A stretch of DNA of 54,955 nt, counting the filler, from Sphacelaria rigidula (Eukaryota), in the NCBI GenBank assembly GCA_964200075.2. It is 6 parts of 6 records of this genome, joined end to end, with 100 filler letters (N's around TTAATTAATTAA, not from the genome) between each part and the next. Parts side by side here need not be neighbours in the genome. Positions count along the whole stretch, not along the records: positions 45,881 to 54,955 come from CAXNAA020009364.1; 5 more parts are not named here. One strand, given 5' to 3'. Position numbers and translations under genes: made by a program. The notes beneath the pieces are model-generated. The model was not told the origin of the DNA. It made no database searches and saw only the letters and a program-made list of their open reading frames with translations. Shown piece by piece: positions 50,906-54,955 of this stretch (the stretch's first letter is position 1; each line of letters starts with the position of its first letter).

Positions 50906-53900
50906 AAAAAAAAACACAATGAGAAAAAAGGAAAGGAACACAAGAAGAATATACATTCGGATTAGACCTTCGTCGGCATCCACGTCAACAGAAGACAGTT
51001 TTTTTGTTATGCAAAGAGGTGTGCTTGGTTATTCCATGTTTTCCTTTGCTATTCGCCAGTCTTATTCCATTTTCGAGGTTTCATTTTCATATATGAAACA
51101 CCGACGACGGAGGCGTTCTCTTCGTCCAGCGACGGTACAGAATACCAGACGACGAGCTGTGTAGTATGGTGATGAGTGTGCCACCAAGAGAGTGAATGAA
51201 CGCCACCTGTTGCGGTGTGCCCCGGAGTCTTTCAAGTCAGTGCGCTGTCAGTCATCTTGATTCGGATGTGCACTGCACTTACTCGTAGCTGCCTTGTACT
51301 TGTACCAAGAGGGAAAAGAAACGCGGGGCCACTTGGCTGATGATTGAGGCTACCGCTTCTCGTGGGCTCTGTGGATCCGCGCACCCTGAAAACGCAGCCG
51401 CTCAGTACACCGGCTAGATGACTTCGCGGTGCTGCTTACAGGGGCAACTGAGGGTGACTTTCGCCGAAAACAATGCAAAGATTGTACTTTGAGTTCCAGC
51501 GTCATATACAGGCGAGCAGCGGAACAAGCGCTCGAGATCAGGATCGACTCGAGATTTCCAGCACAGGCAAAATCTCCGTACATGTACACTGCACCACATG
51601 CACGGTGTAGCTCTACAGGTGTACGCGATGAAGCTCTGCTGGAACACATCCAAGCGTAGCGATGAAACGAAACTGTACCGTAGGCCACCCACCTTGGTGT
51701 GATCTTCTCGCGCTTCTTGCTGTCCTTGTTGTTGGCGGATCCGGACTCCGATAAGGGTCGTTTCTGTGCGCAGCGAGACAGGGTTTCAGAAATCAACACT
51801 AACCGGAGCGTCTTGATTCATCAAATGAAGAAAAACCATCGTGGCGAACAAAGCGTACGCTCTTCGAGTACCAGTTCCGGGCTTTTTTGTTTTTTCTTGC
51901 ACGCCCGCCTTGCACCAAGTTTGTTCCTGTACGTGTGACAGTATGCGTGATCCTGGCCACACGCGCGAAGTGAGGATTTCACATATACAGCCTCGACTGA
52001 CGCGACATCGAACCGACCGGAGACCACGTCTTCGGGACGAGTGCTAGATACTATTATTGTGCACTCTTGAGTGAAAAAGAGGAGGATATCGTGGGCAGTG
52101 CAGTACCCACCGTGCCGTACCGAGTGGTGGTCATACAGTGGTGATTGTCAACAGAAAAAGCGGCTCCAGCAAGGATGCAACAGAATCCAACACAGCGCGC
52201 ACGGGATTCAAATCCTTCGCTGTGTGTGGCAAATTACAAACCTTGCCAACTTGACACTCACCCCTCCGGTTGGAGTAGTTGGTGTACTGTCGTTCCCCAT
52301 GATGACCCCTTCGTGTAACAGTAATCTTCACCACCTGTTGAGGTTTAGTCGAGAAAATACCTGCCGCTGTTTGTGACCCAGCAAAGACAGATTTTAATTG
52401 AACCGCGCCGACAACAGCCAGAGGAGCAAGGTAGAAGCTGAGCGCTGGGATCCATGCGTGCGGTATCTATTGACACAGCAGAGGTGATACGAGCCAATGC
52501 ACAGAAACCGCGAAGACTACACCTGTTACTTAAAGATTAGATCTACATTAGGGGGTGTTATTCAAGGTGCCGGCTGTGGCTATGAAGAGCGTTCTCGGGT
52601 GGTAGGCGCGAGAACCAGAACGGATGTTTCCTGGGGTGCACTTTTGACCGAAACCGCATATGATGTTATCAGAACTACAGGGTTAGGAATAGACAACGTC
52701 ACCGTGGTTGTGTATAGTCGTAGAGTTCATCAAGATCTGCCCCCTAGTTGCCACAATATATCGTGCAATGGCCCTACCCGAATTCAATCGGGATCACAAC
52801 ACCGGATGGACGACTTCATTCTTAAATTCAGTTAGATTTTTTACTTTTGCCCAGGGTCAGGATACGCATATACTTGAGAACAGAGGACGGCCAGAGAGGC
52901 GGGGTCGGCAAACATAGAGCACCTTCAAGATCTGCCTTCATGACCAAACAAGCGATGCATGGCGCTTCTTCTTCGACTAGATAGCCCAACGTATGACCCT
53001 AAACGCGTGCAGCGCAAAAGACAGTGCCAGTGTGACATCTGCGCTCCATACCCGTGTCATGTCAGCCCTTGAGGTATTCGGCTCAAAAATTGCCAAAAAG
53101 AAGGGACGACCAGAAAAACTGAACACGCAAGCACATCCATGCGCGAAAATATAAATAGATGGCCTTGCACACACACGACCATGAATACGCTGGCATCGTC
53201 TGTACTTTATCGTCCCACCTTGTTCCACACAAGGAATCAGCCCGCGCACCTGGCTGTGTCCTCTTCCTCTCCCTCCTGTGTCCTCTTCCTCTCCCTCCCG
53301 TGTTCGTGGCAACCCAAGGCCAATACATATGTGCTGCTACCGGATTAGTAAACCGAATAGAAAAATCCGGCGGAAGGACCATTCTCCGGAGGGACGCTCA
53401 GCGAGAAAAACCAAGGATGGAACAACACACCCCCGCCCCGCCAGGAGCTCGGGCTGCCGGGCAGGCAAAACACAGCAACTACCGGCATCAACAGGTGAGC
53501 GAAGCATGCAAAAGCAGCACGAGCACTCTACGAAACCGGAGTAAAAAGACCCGATATGTAGGCGGTGCCCATTCTGTGCTCAATGCATTCAGTGGTCTTC
53601 AAGCATGTTCGTTGATGCAAAGTTTTCAAAGTATTTGCGGTGGGGCTGCCTTGGATGTCGCCCTCTCCTTCCCTCCTTTTTCCCTTGTTTCCGTTGGCGA
53701 ACCGCCCAACATACGCGGGAGCTCTTTTCATGCTATCTCGGTGGACACTGCTATCACCTTATGTGTGTTGACGCACCGATGATTTACGTTCAGAACTGAA
53801 TGACCTAAGAGCGTAGAGTGGTCTTTCCCTCTTCCCAATACCCCTCGACCTTAGACGGTTGCGCACAAACCGCCAAATCGATGTTGCATCTCTGGAATGT

Positions 53901-54955
53901 TCCTTCAGATTCGTACTTCGTTCAATCGTAGCATGCAAGATTCCCACCTTGCGCGCTATTTGGTTTGTTGCGCAACATACCAGAGACTACAGACGGTGCA
54001 TTGCGCCGCCAGCCAGCCTCGCTGCTTCCCCATTGCGTAGCCCTGCACACGCTGTGTCGGTGAAAACACTTCATCGAAGGGGATCAAGTCATGTAGTAGA
54101 AAACCTCACGGACGGAGGCAAGCACTTGTGTGATGGTGGCAACGCGGTGAAAACATACACACACGGAGACGCGAGCAGTCCTCATTTTGCCAGTATGTTT
54201 TTGAATTTGTCCACGATAGCGCGCACAGGACTTGCTGCCCATCGAGGTAATAGCCTGCACATGCCCAAAATTCACCGCATCCTCAGTGTGACTAACGTAC
54301 GCTCATGTTACGCCCCGAGCCCATTGCGCACCAAGCAGATGAGCGGGGCTTGACCACGTGCTACGTACACCTAGGACGGGTACAGATAGTAGTTGCGCCC
54401 AAGCCGTTGTTTATTTTTCCCTTGTGAGAAGTTTTTTCATGGTTGATGGCGTTTCGTCCAGATGAGCAACTGTTGCGGTGCCACAACAACAGTACTACAA
54501 AGTGGGGGCCGCCGAGGTTCCGTCGCCACAGCTCACAGGTTATAGTACGAGCTGGGCTAGCCTAAAAAACGGATTTGAGCTCTAAAAGCAATATCTCATC
54601 GACACAGACCAGTTCGACCGTGATCAGCATGTCGTATCAATCTTCTTATCAAGGGGAAGGTGCCCATCTGCTGAAAAGTTTGGGCCCATATTTTCTCGTT
54701 GATTAAACCTAATATCTAGTAATTCCTTTACCTAAGGGAGATGGCGCCAATACTGAAATCTCTATGAAACTCCCGATCGATGCGTTTAGCGGATGGCGAC
54801 GAATTTTGGTGTGGAGAACCAAAAAAGAGTGCCGAAAAAAAAAATGGGCCTTCCATTTTTTTTTTATTGAGGTTGGGGCGTTCCCGGGAAATATGGTCTT
54901 TACCATAGTAGAACGCCATAAACCAGTGTAGAAAATTGAAAAAAATCAAACTCAC

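Overview
Eukaryotic, intron-rich and repeat-rich DNA. Gene structure and repeat style suggest a stramenopile, probably a brown alga (inference). The window is not one locus. It is six contigs of 9077, 9077, 9076, 9075, 9075 and 9075 bp joined by identical 100-nt spacers (N44-TTAATTAATTAA-N44), i.e. a size-sorted concatenation, so nothing across a spacer is true synteny. Three 5'-truncated, minus-strand spliced genes can be rebuilt with GT-AG, phase-consistent exons. Contig 1 has a U2AF65-like splicing factor with an RRM1-type RRM joined directly to a UHM and no canonical RRM2 seen. Contig 4 has a CELF/Bruno-like RNA-binding protein with a long Gly-rich tail after RRM3. Contig 5 has a PUS7/TruD pseudouridine synthase. 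The rest is decayed mobile DNA: a hAT element with TIRs and 8-bp TSD, a LINE RT relic, a DIRS-like RT fragment, tRNA-derived SINEs, piggyBac-type and other MITEs (some nested, palindromic or carrying telomere-like repeats) and a decayed ORF with in-frame repeats. I found no convincing novel multi-gene system. The best leads are the unusual protein architectures and the long foldback elements.
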